From the NCBI GenBank assembly GCA_040285825.1, contig JAUPSS010000008.1, positions 310,001 to 374,000 on the forward strand: DNA of 64,000 bases. Reading direction: 5' to 3'. Each line of letters opens with the position of its first letter. Position 1 is the first letter of the stretch. A program made the translations under genes and the position numbers. The notes beneath the pieces are model-generated. The model was not told the origin of the DNA, made no database searches, and saw only the letters and a program-made list of their open reading frames with translations. This document shows positions 48,805 to 60,016 of the stretch, in pieces. Source of the stretch: Eukaryota sp. TZLM1-RC (lineage: Eukaryota; Protista; Metamonada: BaSk clade).

Positions 48805-49653
48805 ATGACTCTCCTCATTTTCGTAGCTGGTGTGTTACTTGGTGCAGGTATCACTTTACACATTGGTGCAAGCAGGAGACATCTACCTAGAGCCTCTATG
48901 GCACCCGGAACTCCTCATTCCAATCAAGATACAAATCTTGAGTGGTTCAATCAATTACTTGGCATAGTAATGGATTATCTTTTGGACAAGGTTTTGGACT
49001 CTCGGTCGATCCTTCAAGATCAATACAAAAAAGAAATCAATACCTCATTAGAATCAGTCTCCAGGTCAGTCAATGCAAAAGTTACTGTTGGTCAGGTTTT
49101 TGTGAGAGACACTCTTCTGAATGTAGAGTCGATTGCTGTTCCTAGGTCACCCCAAAGAACCGATGAGAAGAGGTTTCGGTTAACAGTAACATGTGAAGTT
49201 GATTGTGAAGTATTGTTGCTTCTGTCAAAAACTCTGATTTTGTCATTTACGGTTAAACCTGTTGTTCATCGAGCTTTTATTAAGAGTATTTTAGACGTTT
49301 CTCTTATGAGAAGTTACTCTGGACTCAAAATCACTTTAAATAGTCCTTCAAAATCTGTTTTTGACATTTCCTGGAGTGTCCCGGTAGGATTGCTTCAACT
49401 TTCATCAGAATCTGCATTTTTGAACCTCACAAAGGGAATTTTAGCCAAGGCTGTGGACACTGCTCTGTACAGGGGAGTTTCGTTTACAATACCACTGCCA
49501 GTTGATAGTGACCTTGATCTCTCTCCTCCCCAACCTTCAGTAGAAGAAGTTGAAGTGGCTGCAGGGATTGGACATTCATCAGTTGATGAAAGTGTAGACA
49601 CAGCTGAAGAAAGAAAACTCCCATGGTATAGGAGAGGTAGTATTGATTTGTAA
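48805..49653 (+). CDS. N-terminally anchored SMP-domain (lipid-transfer)-like protein
   Basis: N-terminal hydrophobic helix followed by NLEWFNQLLG, resembling the SMP start motif; beta-rich core; acidic tail. Confidence 0.5.
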   Translation: MTLLIFVAGVLLGAGITLHIGASRRHLPRASMAPGTPHSNQDTNLEWFNQLLGIVMDYLLDKVLDSRSILQDQYKKEINTSLESVSRSVNAKVTVGQVFVRDTLLNVESIAVPRSPQRTDEKRFRLTVTCEVDCEVLLLLSKTLILSFTVKPVVHRAFIKSILDVSLMRSYSGLKITLNSPSKSVFDISWSVPVGLLQLSSESAFLNLTKGILAKAVDTALYRGVSFTIPLPVDSDLDLSPPQPSVEEVEVAAGIGHSSVDESVDTAEERKLPWYRRGSIDL

Positions 49654-49699
49654 TTTTTGTATAACTTGATGTAAATTGAATTTTTTTTAAAAAACATTT

Positions 49700-52253
49700 A
49701 ATTTATTTTTAAAACTGGAATATTTATTGAGATAAAAAAATCCATCTAGAATTCAATATCCTCCAAACAAGCGTCACTATTACTGAACCTACTCACAGCA
49801 TTACGTTCATATTCTACACCAATAGCTAAAAGTGCCTTTGAAATCATTGTTGGAATAGACTTGAAAATGCAAAAAACAATTCTATTTATCCAGAAAGTGG
49901 AGTTCATTGTTTTACCAGACCTATTCAGTAACACTTTTTTAAAATTTTCAAAAAAATGCAACCCTGAAGGTCCAATATTGCCAAAAAGAGAAATTGCAAA
50001 CGGCACAAACTGATATTTCACATGTTCCACTCTACCTAACTGTGCCAAAGGTTCTTCATATTTTTATCATCTTTTTTTTCGGCGTTAGATAACGGCGAAT
50101 CAGCGGAATACACTAAACGAGCAGCAGAATTTTTGCAAACATCAACTGAGACAACATCTACAACATTGAGAACACCATCGATACCTGGAGCTACTAAATC
50201 TGCCCTTCTTTTACCAAAGGAATCATCCGTTTGATCTGAAGACAGCTTACGTACTAGTGGCTCAATAAATGCCTCTATATTGAAACTTTTGCACATGGCA
50301 TATAATTGATCACGAACTGAGTCATGAACAATTGAGCGATAAGTTATAAAATACTTACAGTTTAAAATATGGGAAAGCGTAACAACACTCTTGCAGCGAC
50401 AAATTAAATCATTTGGTAATGAACAAGGCCATAGAAAACATCTCATTCTCATTGCAGTGGTCCATTGGTGATCATTAAGTAGAAGGCCATAAATGTTGGG
50501 AATTTGGGAGATTAGGCAACTTGAGCAACTGTCTTCAAGATCAATCAAAAAGTTTGCAAAAACGGGATTTTTTTCCTTAGCCAAGCTAAGACGTACAATA
50601 TAATCCAAGTTTTCTAAAACTTTCAAGATTTGTTTCTGCAATTTTGCAAAAGTCAGTGGTAAGGAGAGCAAGCTTCTTGAAGGAAGTTCCACAATATCAG
50701 AGGGGAAACATTTAGCCCAAATATTGGGTGAAAGAGTTTCAATTTCCTGTTGCAAAGAAATAAGATAAGAGCTGCCACAATTTTCAATGAGATGAATTTT
50801 TTCAGGAAAACGATTCACAAATTCATAAATAAAATTCTTTCCACCTCCAATAAAGGCAGCTTTACAAAAGTAGCTTGATTTATGAAAATCAACACCACCA
50901 AAATTTGTACCACAAAAAATGTGGCTTCGTAACTGAGATGCATCAATTTCCAATAATTTTGCTAAAAAATTGGTTCTTTGTTCATTAAAAATGCGACAAA
51001 ACTCCAAAGAAATTGATGGTAATGTTGATCTCAAAATATGAGTAAATTTTCCAGAATAACAGATTTTCAGGAAAAAGAATTTCAAAGGTTTCTCAATATT
51101 TAAATTTTTTATAGATTCTAATTCATTTCCAAATTGAGTCAACAGAGTCGAAAGTTGGCCTTTGACTTCATCAATATTTCCGAGATAACAACCCAAAAAA
51201 CGAAAACCAGACTGATCATAATTGATAAAGGGGACATTGACATCATTAATGAAAAAATCAATTGGTTCATGGCCAATAATCAAACATTTGGAGATATTCA
51301 ATGAGAGACCAATATCTTCATAACGCTGTTGAATAAAAGTTGCTATTTGTTTCAGAATTGTAATAGGAGCAATTACAGAAATGTCATCCATATATGCTAC
51401 AATATCTATTTCTGGGAATTTTTCTTTCAATTCGCACATTAATGGATGAATTGCCAGACAAAAGAAAAAGGACCAAGTGGATCACCTTGTTTAACACCTG
51501 AAGACGAAAGCAGGTCAAAGTTTTCATAGACCAATGTGGATGATTTTCCATAAAATGAATAGAAAAAAGGCTCAACTTCAGGAAAATGCTTTCGCAGCAA
51601 AGGAAAAATGGAAGAACGAGATAGAGAATTGAAAGCATTCTTAAAATCTAAATTGAAGATGTAATTAGAATCACTAGAATTAAAAAACACATCCGACGAA
51701 AGAGCAGCAGAAGAAGCACCATCAATTGTCTTGATTCCAAATTGAAATGGACTGAAAAATTCCTTGGCTTTTTTCCCAATTCTATTGAAAACAAGAGACG
51801 CAAGAATTCTTGAAAACGATTCTCCAATTGCAATTGGACGGATTTTGGATTGACTTTTTTTGAGAGCAATTAAGCGAGCACTGGTCATCTCAAAAGGGAC
51901 TTTAATTTTTAACGTAAGAAGATTGTTGAAAAAAAGAACAAGATCATCAGCAATTTCAGGACACTGTCCAACAGCTGATTTGATCATGTCAAAATTCAAC
52001 AAAGATGGCCCAGGAGCTTTTCCAGTAGGCATTTGCTGAATCAGTTTCAATACCTCTGAAGCATTGATAGGATTTTGCAGCCAATAATCAACTGAATCTG
52101 GTTTAGTACAATGAAAATTTTCTTCTGGATGAAGATGATTCAATTGGAACAATGTGCTGTCATTACATTTAGCTAAATCAGAAGAGAATAGACATTGTTT
52201 TGCAGATCCAAAACGTCCTTTTAAAGCTAATTTTCTCACTAATTTTTCTTTCG
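49700..52253 (-). mobile_element. 5'-truncated CRE-like element with two frameshifts
   Basis: GKAPGPS, IRPIAIGE, QGDPLGP, YMDD, RRADLV...VVDV; TSD AAAAAACATTT at 49689-49699 and 52254-52264. Confidence 0.9.
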
Positions 52254-52309
52254 AAAAAACATTTTTTTAAAATTTGATTTTTTCGATAAAAGTTTTTTAA
52301 CTTTTTTCA

Positions 52310-53680
52310 GAAACAAACATTCCGAACATTCGCAGTCCTTACGAACGTTCGTGCGAATTAATTGTTGTTCATTGACACGTGTCATCAAAGTTCTCTTCGA
52401 ATATGTTTTCCAACAAAAACCCTATTTCAACTACCACAATAGATCTATTTGTTTCAAAATCTGTATTCACACATAAATTCCTTTCTTTACATCAACTTTC
52501 TTCAATTCCAAAGCACCCTGTGTACAAACTTCTGGACGACATTAATTACGCTAAAATGTCCAACAATATTATTTCACAGCGCCGTTCATGCAATAAAATG
52601 CTAAAAGCTCAGTCCGTCGCTTTTCCTCCCATTTCATCAAGAAGTACAGAGCTGAATATGCCTTATGTTCTCAATAATCCATTATTTCTGTAAATGTTAT
52701 ACACTGCCCGTGCTCATGAAAGATATGATGCTCTTCCTGTTTCCTCAACTGAATCACTTGAAAGTCCTGCTCCTCGTCTCAAAAAAACGTGAATTACTGA
52801 TGCGCTAAAGGATTATGAAAGAAAAGACGAACTTCTCACTAAATGAATATTTGGCTCTGGAGTATCTTTTATTTCTGTTATGCTTCCTGAGTTCAAGCAG
52901 TTGGCCGACTATATATCCTCGTCTCACTACCATGTTCCTTCCGACACTTATTTAAAAAATAAAGTAGTTCCAGACATCAAGAACGATCTCGGACGAATTA
53001 TTTGGTTTTTTATTGTCTCTGACCAAGTCAGGCTGTACACTTGTTTTTGATTCATCTTTATTAAATACATTTTTGGTAAGCAACACTTCCTCCTTCTTTG
53101 TAAAATCAATAAACATATCTGATGAAAAAGTCTGGTGATGTACAATATTTAAAATTGAAGGAAGTTGTTGACTGTGTTGTTCCAAATTTAATTACTAATA
53201 TTGTGTCAGACAGTACCACCAATTGCCTTACCGCTTGCTCACTCCTTATCACTTCTCAATATGCATCAACTGGTAGTGCTGAGCGAAATTGGTCAGCATC
53301 TGGATTTATCAAGAACAAGAAAAGAAACCGTCTCAGTGACGGACTAGCAAACGATCTTGTTTTTATTTTCTCAAACATGAAGCTGAAAAAGACACTGGAA
53401 AACAAGAAGGAGAGCTGTTTGAAATAGGAAACAGAGCCAGTGGAGGCAGATTGAGTTCCAGAAAGTGAGTCTGACTCAGAAGTCGAGGATCCTTGTCTAG
53501 CAGACCACTTAAAGAGAGCAATTGATCAGGTTAATGACCTACATTTAGATGTTGTAGAGCTTTCTGAATAAACGTTTTCTTTGTTGGTTGATAGTTAGTA
53601 TAATATTATAAGCAATGAAAGAGATCAAACTCAGACGCCGAACAAACCGAACGTTCGCCGAACCAGTTTAGTTCAAGCCA
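52310..53680 (+). mobile_element. Decayed hAT DNA transposon
   Basis: C-terminal dimerisation motif ASTGSAERNWS..GFIKNKKRNRL...LVFIFSN, NIVSD, and subterminal CGAAC/GTTCG repeats at both ends. Confidence 0.75.
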
Positions 53681-54312
53681 GGTATCAGAAGAAATCAATA
53701 AATTTTTTTTATTTTTACTTTTATTTATTTCTGGCCATTTTCAGCTTGCAGAAATAAAATATTATTTCACAAATAACCTCAAAATAAATTAAAATTCAAG
53801 TACAACTGTATTTTCATTCAACGTAGTATTTTTCTCATTGACCCGCTGAACAAATAAAGGCATCGCATTGGTTCACTTTCAGAAACTGAATTCTGATCAA
53901 GCCCAATCACTTCTGAATGAAGTCTACAATGTTGATGCTCTTCCTGTAAGGTTACCACCTCGCAAACGACTTAAAGTTGAAGATGTACTCTCCGAAGTTG
54001 CGGCCAATGACCGATCCTTAACGAACTCTTTCCCTTGGCACTGTCGGATTTGTTGTGAAATCAGACTCCAAGCTCTAAAAGAATATTCGCCAGGAAAAGA
54101 CTGAAAAGGAAGATCAGGATGATTGTGTCTTCCATTATTCTATATTTGATTTTTAGTTTTTTTTAAATAAAATAAAATAAAATTTTATTTTTATCTATTT
54201 CTTAACTTTTGCATACCCGAAATATAATCCCAATTATTTCCTTCCGATACTTGATTCGGGCGGACTAGTTCAGTAATTCTAACATTGGTTCTTACAGATT
54301 CTATTGATATTC

Positions 54313-54405
54313 TAGATCAAGATTTTGTAGTGGAAATCTTGGTTCAATGATAGTCGTCCCATTAGTTATGAGTTAAATTAATTAAGTGTGCATGTTCAAT
54401 AAATA
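54313..54405 (+). mobile_element. Family A 3' tip
   Basis: GATCAAGATTTTG...TAGTCGTCCCATTAGTTATGAG...AATAAATA. Confidence 0.85.
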
Positions 54406-54469
54406 TATTTTTATTGTAGGGTTCTCTATATGATTTTATAAAAAAACAAGAAAAGTTTATTGATAATGA

Positions 54470-54600
54470 CATTATTATTAATATCCTAAAACAAGTTAGC
54501 TCCGCAGTGGCTTTTCTTCATCAAAATGGGTATCTACATCGAGATGTATCCAGTAGTAATTTTCTGATAAGTTCAATGCATCCTATACTTGTGTATATTT
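54470..54600 (+). pseudogene. Protein kinase fragment (subdomain VI)
   Basis: ILKQVSSAVAFLHQNGYLHRDVSSSNFLI, with no flanking subdomains. Confidence 0.65.
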
Positions 54601-55418
54601 CCCATTCTCCCAACTTTCCTCCTTCAAACCCCTTTGTAATCATCCTCCCAAAACGCTTTCATTCCAATATTCTCTGGTTCAACATCCCATTTAAACACCC
54701 ACAAACTTATCTTCAGTGATTATTGTTACTTCATATACCCCTGCTAACGAGGTTAAGCCTCATCCAGATTGTCCCAAGTGTGCAATCAAACTGTGGAGGA
54801 AGAGTATGATGTATTAACTATTTGCAAATTCGTTATCTGACGTTTAAATCACCTAAGTTTACACAATATTTTGTGTCTTTCATACCCGGATAATTCTAAA
54901 GAGCTGCAGAAGTCGACGAATCATCATGATGCAAAAGTACTAGATGTTGAAACAATGGTAATTTAACACAATAAATATTTTTGAATAATGTAATATGTAA
55001 ATATATTAAAAGTGGAAACAGAATGTTTTATTGGGGCCTCTACATAGTAGAGGATCATGGATCAAACACAATGTGCAGTATATATAAAACTGAACACAAA
55101 GAAATCAAAACAAAAAGATAGTACAGTTTAAAACCTCAAGCATGGGAAAACTAATATCTAAAGTGTCATGGGCCGACAATAGGCGCTCGCGTGATATCTG
55201 AGCTACGTGAGAGCCGATGCTTGAGAGTTTTCCTTGGAATTGAGTGCATTACGTACAGAAGGAAGATTGTTGGGTGTTGTGAATTTGAAATTAAGCACCT
55301 GAATTGCAAATCACAGTTTCATTGCGAAAATTGGCATTCGGAGCTATGGTTTGAAAGAGGATGAAAAATTTCTGTTTTTTCAATATCGTTTTTTCATATC
55401 TAAAGATACTATCTTATC

Positions 55419-55703
55419 ATGTTGACTGAAGAAAAACTAGTAATGAACTATCCATTGGTTGTGCACAGCGAGCTCTCTGATGAAGTTCAAGATGAGGCTG
55501 TTGAGATTCTCGTCAATTGTTACGAAAAGTACCCCACACATCTCGAAACCGCAGCCAAAGCCGCTAAGGATGCATTGGATGCTAAGTTTGGCTCTTCTTG
55601 GAACTGCTGCTTAGGAAATTTTGACTTCACCATTGAACATTCCGGACAGATACTATTTCTGTATATCAATGGCACTATTGGTGCTTTATTGTTCAAGTGT
55701 TAA
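55419..55703 (+). CDS. Dynein light chain type 1 family (DNAL4-like)
   Basis: YPLVVHSELSDEVQDEAVE...AAKAAKDALDAKFGSSWNC..G.FDF. Confidence 0.85.
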   Translation: MLTEEKLVMNYPLVVHSELSDEVQDEAVEILVNCYEKYPTHLETAAKAAKDALDAKFGSSWNCCLGNFDFTIEHSGQILFLYINGTIGALLFKC

Positions 55704-55760
55704 CTGATCTACAAAATGTAACATACAACTTATATTTTATTTTAACTTACTCTAAAAGAC

Positions 55761-56981
55761 TTAGATCCAATCTGCGTCTTGAATTTTTCTCGGGAGATAC
55801 TCTTGGGTAAGGTATTGGAAACCGAATGTTGAAAGAGCCTGTATTTCTGCCTTTTCTTTCTTTTTTATCATCAAAGATAGTTCCTTTACCCATTTTGGAT
55901 TTCTTTTAATAAAATCTTCTTCCAAAAGCTCTTTACCTGTTTTGATATCCTTATCCGTCATTGATAGCCTACATTGACTGGGAATACCATACTTGTCTAG
56001 ATCAGAAGGGAGGACACCCAACCACTTAATATCAGGTGTAGTTAAATGAGCAGAATCATAAGACATGTTCTTGGAGCCGGACATGTAGACCGAAAGAATT
56101 TTCAAACCATAAGGATCTGAATCAAACAGTCCTAATATTGGAATCTGAAGGGTTTCCTTTAGCTTGGCCAAAAAAAGTCTAGTGGCAACATCAGGTTGTC
56201 CCTTTGCGGTAATAATAATACATGGGAATCTGTTATAGAAACGATCTTCGGCAAGTCGCATAAAAGCAGCATCCTTCTCTACCAAAAGAATGAATCTCGC
56301 ATCAGACTGCAAGTTGGTAACTTGGTCAATGAAGGGAGGTATGGCCTTCCCACCAGTACCCATTCGAGAACAGTCAATGGGATCACCGTTCTCAGTGTAT
56401 TGTAACCTACCTACAACCACACCCTTTTCAGAGGCAACAACATGTAGTGATGTGCGAGTGACACCAAGAAGACAAGCACAATCGTCGAGCATATCATCAG
56501 AAGTGGTCTGTTCTTGGAAGAGCTTCACATCAGTATAAAACAAATCTCTCTTTGTTGTGTGAATACCCTTGTTGCACAACTCACGTATTAAGCGTAAAAC
56601 TCTGCACATAATAGCAGTTTTTCTAACCATGGACACAGATGCAAACGATCTAGTTGTTTCTTTACCTCCAAGTACAATCCTTTCGAGTTCTTCAACATAA
56701 TGTTGGTTAGAAGACGCTCTGGAGGGAAGTGTGAATGACACACCCTCTCCCTCAAGAATTGTGTGGGCGATTCGAAGCATCTGCTGTTCTATAGACTGAG
56801 AAACCTGACTTGCACCTAAAATTTGGACTTCTTTGAGATCAAGTTCTGTGGATATGTCATCTAAGGAGAGTCGTTTCCGCTTATTGGCCTTTTCCTTTCT
56901 AGATAAAACATCAACATGTACAAGTATATCATCAACGTCCTCAGGTACAGACGATGAAGCTTTACGTTTGCGAGGGGGCAT
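55761..56981 (-). CDS. SPO11: Spo11/DNA topoisomerase VI subunit A (Top6A/SPO11-3-like)
   Basis: TKRDLFY (catalytic Tyr), [39 protein letters not shown]. Confidence 0.93.
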   Translation of the reverse strand: MPPRKRKASSSVPEDVDDILVHVDVLSRKEKANKRKRLSLDDISTELDLKEVQILGASQVSQSIEQQMLRIAHTILEGEGVSFTLPSRASSNQHYVEELERIVLGGKETTRSFASVSMVRKTAIMCRVLRLIRELCNKGIHTTKRDLFYTDVKLFQEQTTSDDMLDDCACLLGVTRTSLHVVASEKGVVVGRLQYTENGDPIDCSRMGTGGKAIPPFIDQVTNLQSDARFILLVEKDAAFMRLAEDRFYNRFPCIIITAKGQPDVATRLFLAKLKETLQIPILGLFDSDPYGLKILSVYMSGSKNMSYDSAHLTTPDIKWLGVLPSDLDKYGIPSQCRLSMTDKDIKTGKELLEEDFIKRNPKWVKELSLMIKKKEKAEIQALSTFGFQYLTQEYLPRKIQDADWI

Positions 56982-57054
56982 TGATAAATATCACTAAAAA
57001 GTGGGAAATTCCCATAAATACACGATCAATTTTCGTGTGGAATAATTACAAAAA

Positions 57055-57710
57055 CTATCTACTACACAGATACTGAGGCCTTTCATTGCCACTCATTCTG
57101 GCTTCAGCAATTGCAAACATATTCAGACAAGCCAGCTTATTTCTACTGAAAAGCTTTGTTGAGCCTTTGTTACTGAGTTTGCAACTCTCACTTTTACAAG
57201 CTAATAAACCATGACATGTAGTAACAGGAGTCTTTTCTCTTCTATAGAATCTGGGATTTGTTACTCTCAAAAACGTAGAAACCTTTTCGAAGCAAACAGG
57301 ACATTTTGCTGAAGTGAAAACTTCATTAATCGTCAATACTTCAAATCCATTTCTTTTCAGCAATTGAATCCATCCAATGCCTCTAGTAGGTCTCTGATGT
57401 TTCAAATTCTTGGAACCTTTTTTACCATAATCACCAATTAGTATTGAAGTGTCTTTTGGGTTGCCAAAATTCTGAACAAGGCTTTTTAACAACCAACTTT
57501 CAGTCTTTTGCTTGTGAATAAAAGCTTGCATTTTATGAATGCTCCACAACTCAAGACTGTAAAAGTCAATTGTCCAAAAAACTTGCCGAAGTTTGGCAAC
57601 CACAAAGTTGGAAAAATCTATAATAGTTGCTGAATTGGCAGCAAACGCGGATAATTCGGTGTTTGCATCTTCGATTGTCATTTCGTTAGACTCTATCATT
57701 CGGTTCCTGT
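57055..57710 (-). pseudogene. 5'-truncated Fanzor1 (C-terminal ~215 codons in one open frame)
   Basis: ILIGDYG, PTRGIG, RuvC-II INEVFTSAKCPVC, NPR, HGLLAC..C, RuvC-III position SRN (Asp replaced by Asn), ERPQYL. Confidence 0.9.
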
Positions 57711-57899
57711 AGTAAGGATAACATGTAAGGAAAAAACAAATGGACAAAGTACATAATGAGTGCACAATGTTGTACCTTCTATATTAGTGAATGCTTCAAT
57801 ACATCACTATTATATCATTCAAAAATCTAATGCATTGGGATTTTGACAAGTTTAACCCCCTCCTCAGTCACCACGTAATACTTCCTTCATGGACTATAA

Positions 57900-59100
57900 A
57901 CATATCGATCATATTGAGTTGATGGTTGTTCGAATTGTTTTATAAGATGGTAAAATAAATTTGTCTTTCTGAAACAACACGAAAAGTTTCAGACAAAGGA
58001 TACAATCATGAAACCCATATTGAATCGATTTTGTATCAGAGGAGAAGTAGCTAAACAATCAATTGGCAAAATATGGGAAAATTCCCTATGAAGTTTGAGT
58101 TTCATTTCATTTATCATTTTATATGCCAGATTGCCTAATCCATGTCCGTAGGGTATTTTTATGGATTTTTTGGCAAATACCAAAGTATCTAAAAGAAAAA
58201 AGCCATTTTCCCTGATGACAACTTCTCTCCATCTTGGTGAAAGTTGATTGAGTACATCAATTGCTGTATCATCGGGAACAGTGGGAAAAGTTAAATCATA
58301 AGCTTTAAAAACCTACGAAGCAAGGTTTTTTCGGCAGAGAAAATTTCTGCCTGAATATCCATGTCAGTGTCTGGTAATCTGACTTGAGGACTCATTCCCA
58401 ACATAAGTGAATATTTATTCTCCAAAAAGACATTATGGCGGTCAAACTTACCAATAACAATCGAAATTAAAAACACTTTTTGATCTCAAATCCACTCACG
58501 CATTTGCTCATCAGTTTTCTTTTTCCAAAGATTTGTACCCTCTCTTCTCCTTTTGTTGATAATCTCATCAGGAGGGAGAAATTGTCCATCATGATTTTGA
58601 TAAAGATGACCATCCTGATAGGTTTCAAGATCAAAGCACATAACAATGGGAAGATTTTGATTTGAGGTCATTGATTTGAATTGAATCAAAGGATCAGGCT
58701 TGAAGCCACTAAGACTTGGCTCAATTTTTCTGACAATACTCGGTTTCAATGGTTTTTTTGTCAAAATCTTCTTGTTCTCGATATTCAACATTGTATTCTC
58801 AATACAAATTTCTCGGTTCAGTGCTTATTGTTGTTTTTTTAGCTTATGCTTTGATGTTTGTTGGTCAAAAATTGCATTTCTTATAATTTTTGATGGAGGA
58901 GTTGATTTAAAATTCAATTTTCTCTTTCTGGGACCAGGATTTGCTTCAACATCTCCATCCATTGTTAAGTCAGCAATAAATGGGTTTGTTGATAGAAGAT
59001 GTCGGCAGCTACTGGTTTGAAAAGATACATTATAAACATAATAATCAAACTCAACATTATCAAAATAGCGATTTAAGACACAACATCCCATATCTAAAGT
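57900..59100 (-). pseudogene. Decayed element: 2A peptide followed by family-B DNA polymerase 3'-5' exonuclease-like domain
   Basis: DLTMDGDVEANPGP, then in the same frame across stops MCFDLET and IFSAEKTLLRRFL; after a frameshift, LLDTL...GLGNLA. Confidence 0.55.
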
Positions 59101-59315
59101 GCAAGTAGCTAAACCTCAAAAATGAACGAACTCATAAACATCAAAACAACAATGTAAAACAAAACATATACAAAAAAACATCCCACATTCACGAAACAAG
59201 TACGTGAACCACAAAAAACAACAAACTGAAAAACATCAAGACAACAATTCAAAACAGAACACAAACAAGAAAAACATCCCATATTCATAGTGCAAGTACC
59301 TAAACCAAAACAACT
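59084..59315. repeat. ~96-bp degenerate tandem repeat (~2.4 copies)
   Basis: CATCCCA...CAAGTA...AACC recurs at 59084, 59179 and 59275. Confidence 0.75.
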
Positions 59316-60016
59316 CAACTAACTAAACATTCTATTTCTTTGGCAAAGAGGCTGTCTTTTAAAAACCTTGAACAACCTTGGATCTAGGTAGGTATCATTA
59401 TATACACAGATATTTCCAAACCTACCAAAAATCAGGGTAGTTTAGAGACTTTATACTTAATCAAAATTGTATGTTTTCTATTAGGAATCAATACTTTAAA
59501 ATTAGTGTTGGTGACACATTCTCTAAAATTTGCCTTCACATCACAAATAGAACATGATCTATTTCGTTCCTTATTCGTCATTTGTGAAAATTCTGTAATC
59601 AAAACTTATTTATCCTTTACCACTGATTATCGTTTATGATACCTTTGTAAAAATAGAAAACTTTTTCCCGAACTTTGAACTCCAATCACCAATATCATCA
59701 ACTACATCATCAAGGGGAGGGATGCGATGCTTAGTGGAATATATCTGCAAACTTCATTTTCTTAACTACCTATTGTCATGGAAGGTAAGTTTCCCTAAGG
59801 TTATCTTTATATTTATTTGATTTAAATTTTGGAATTTATTCTTAAAAAATTGACAAACATTGAGTGTTGAAAATGGAACAAATGAAAGAAAAAAATATGC
59901 AAAATAAAAGTCAAAAATAAAATTCCCCCAATTTCTAAACATTGGTCTAATTTCTGTAAAACACAGTTAAGGAGAATTAAACAGGAATAATCTAACAACA
60001 ACTAAATAAATAGAAA

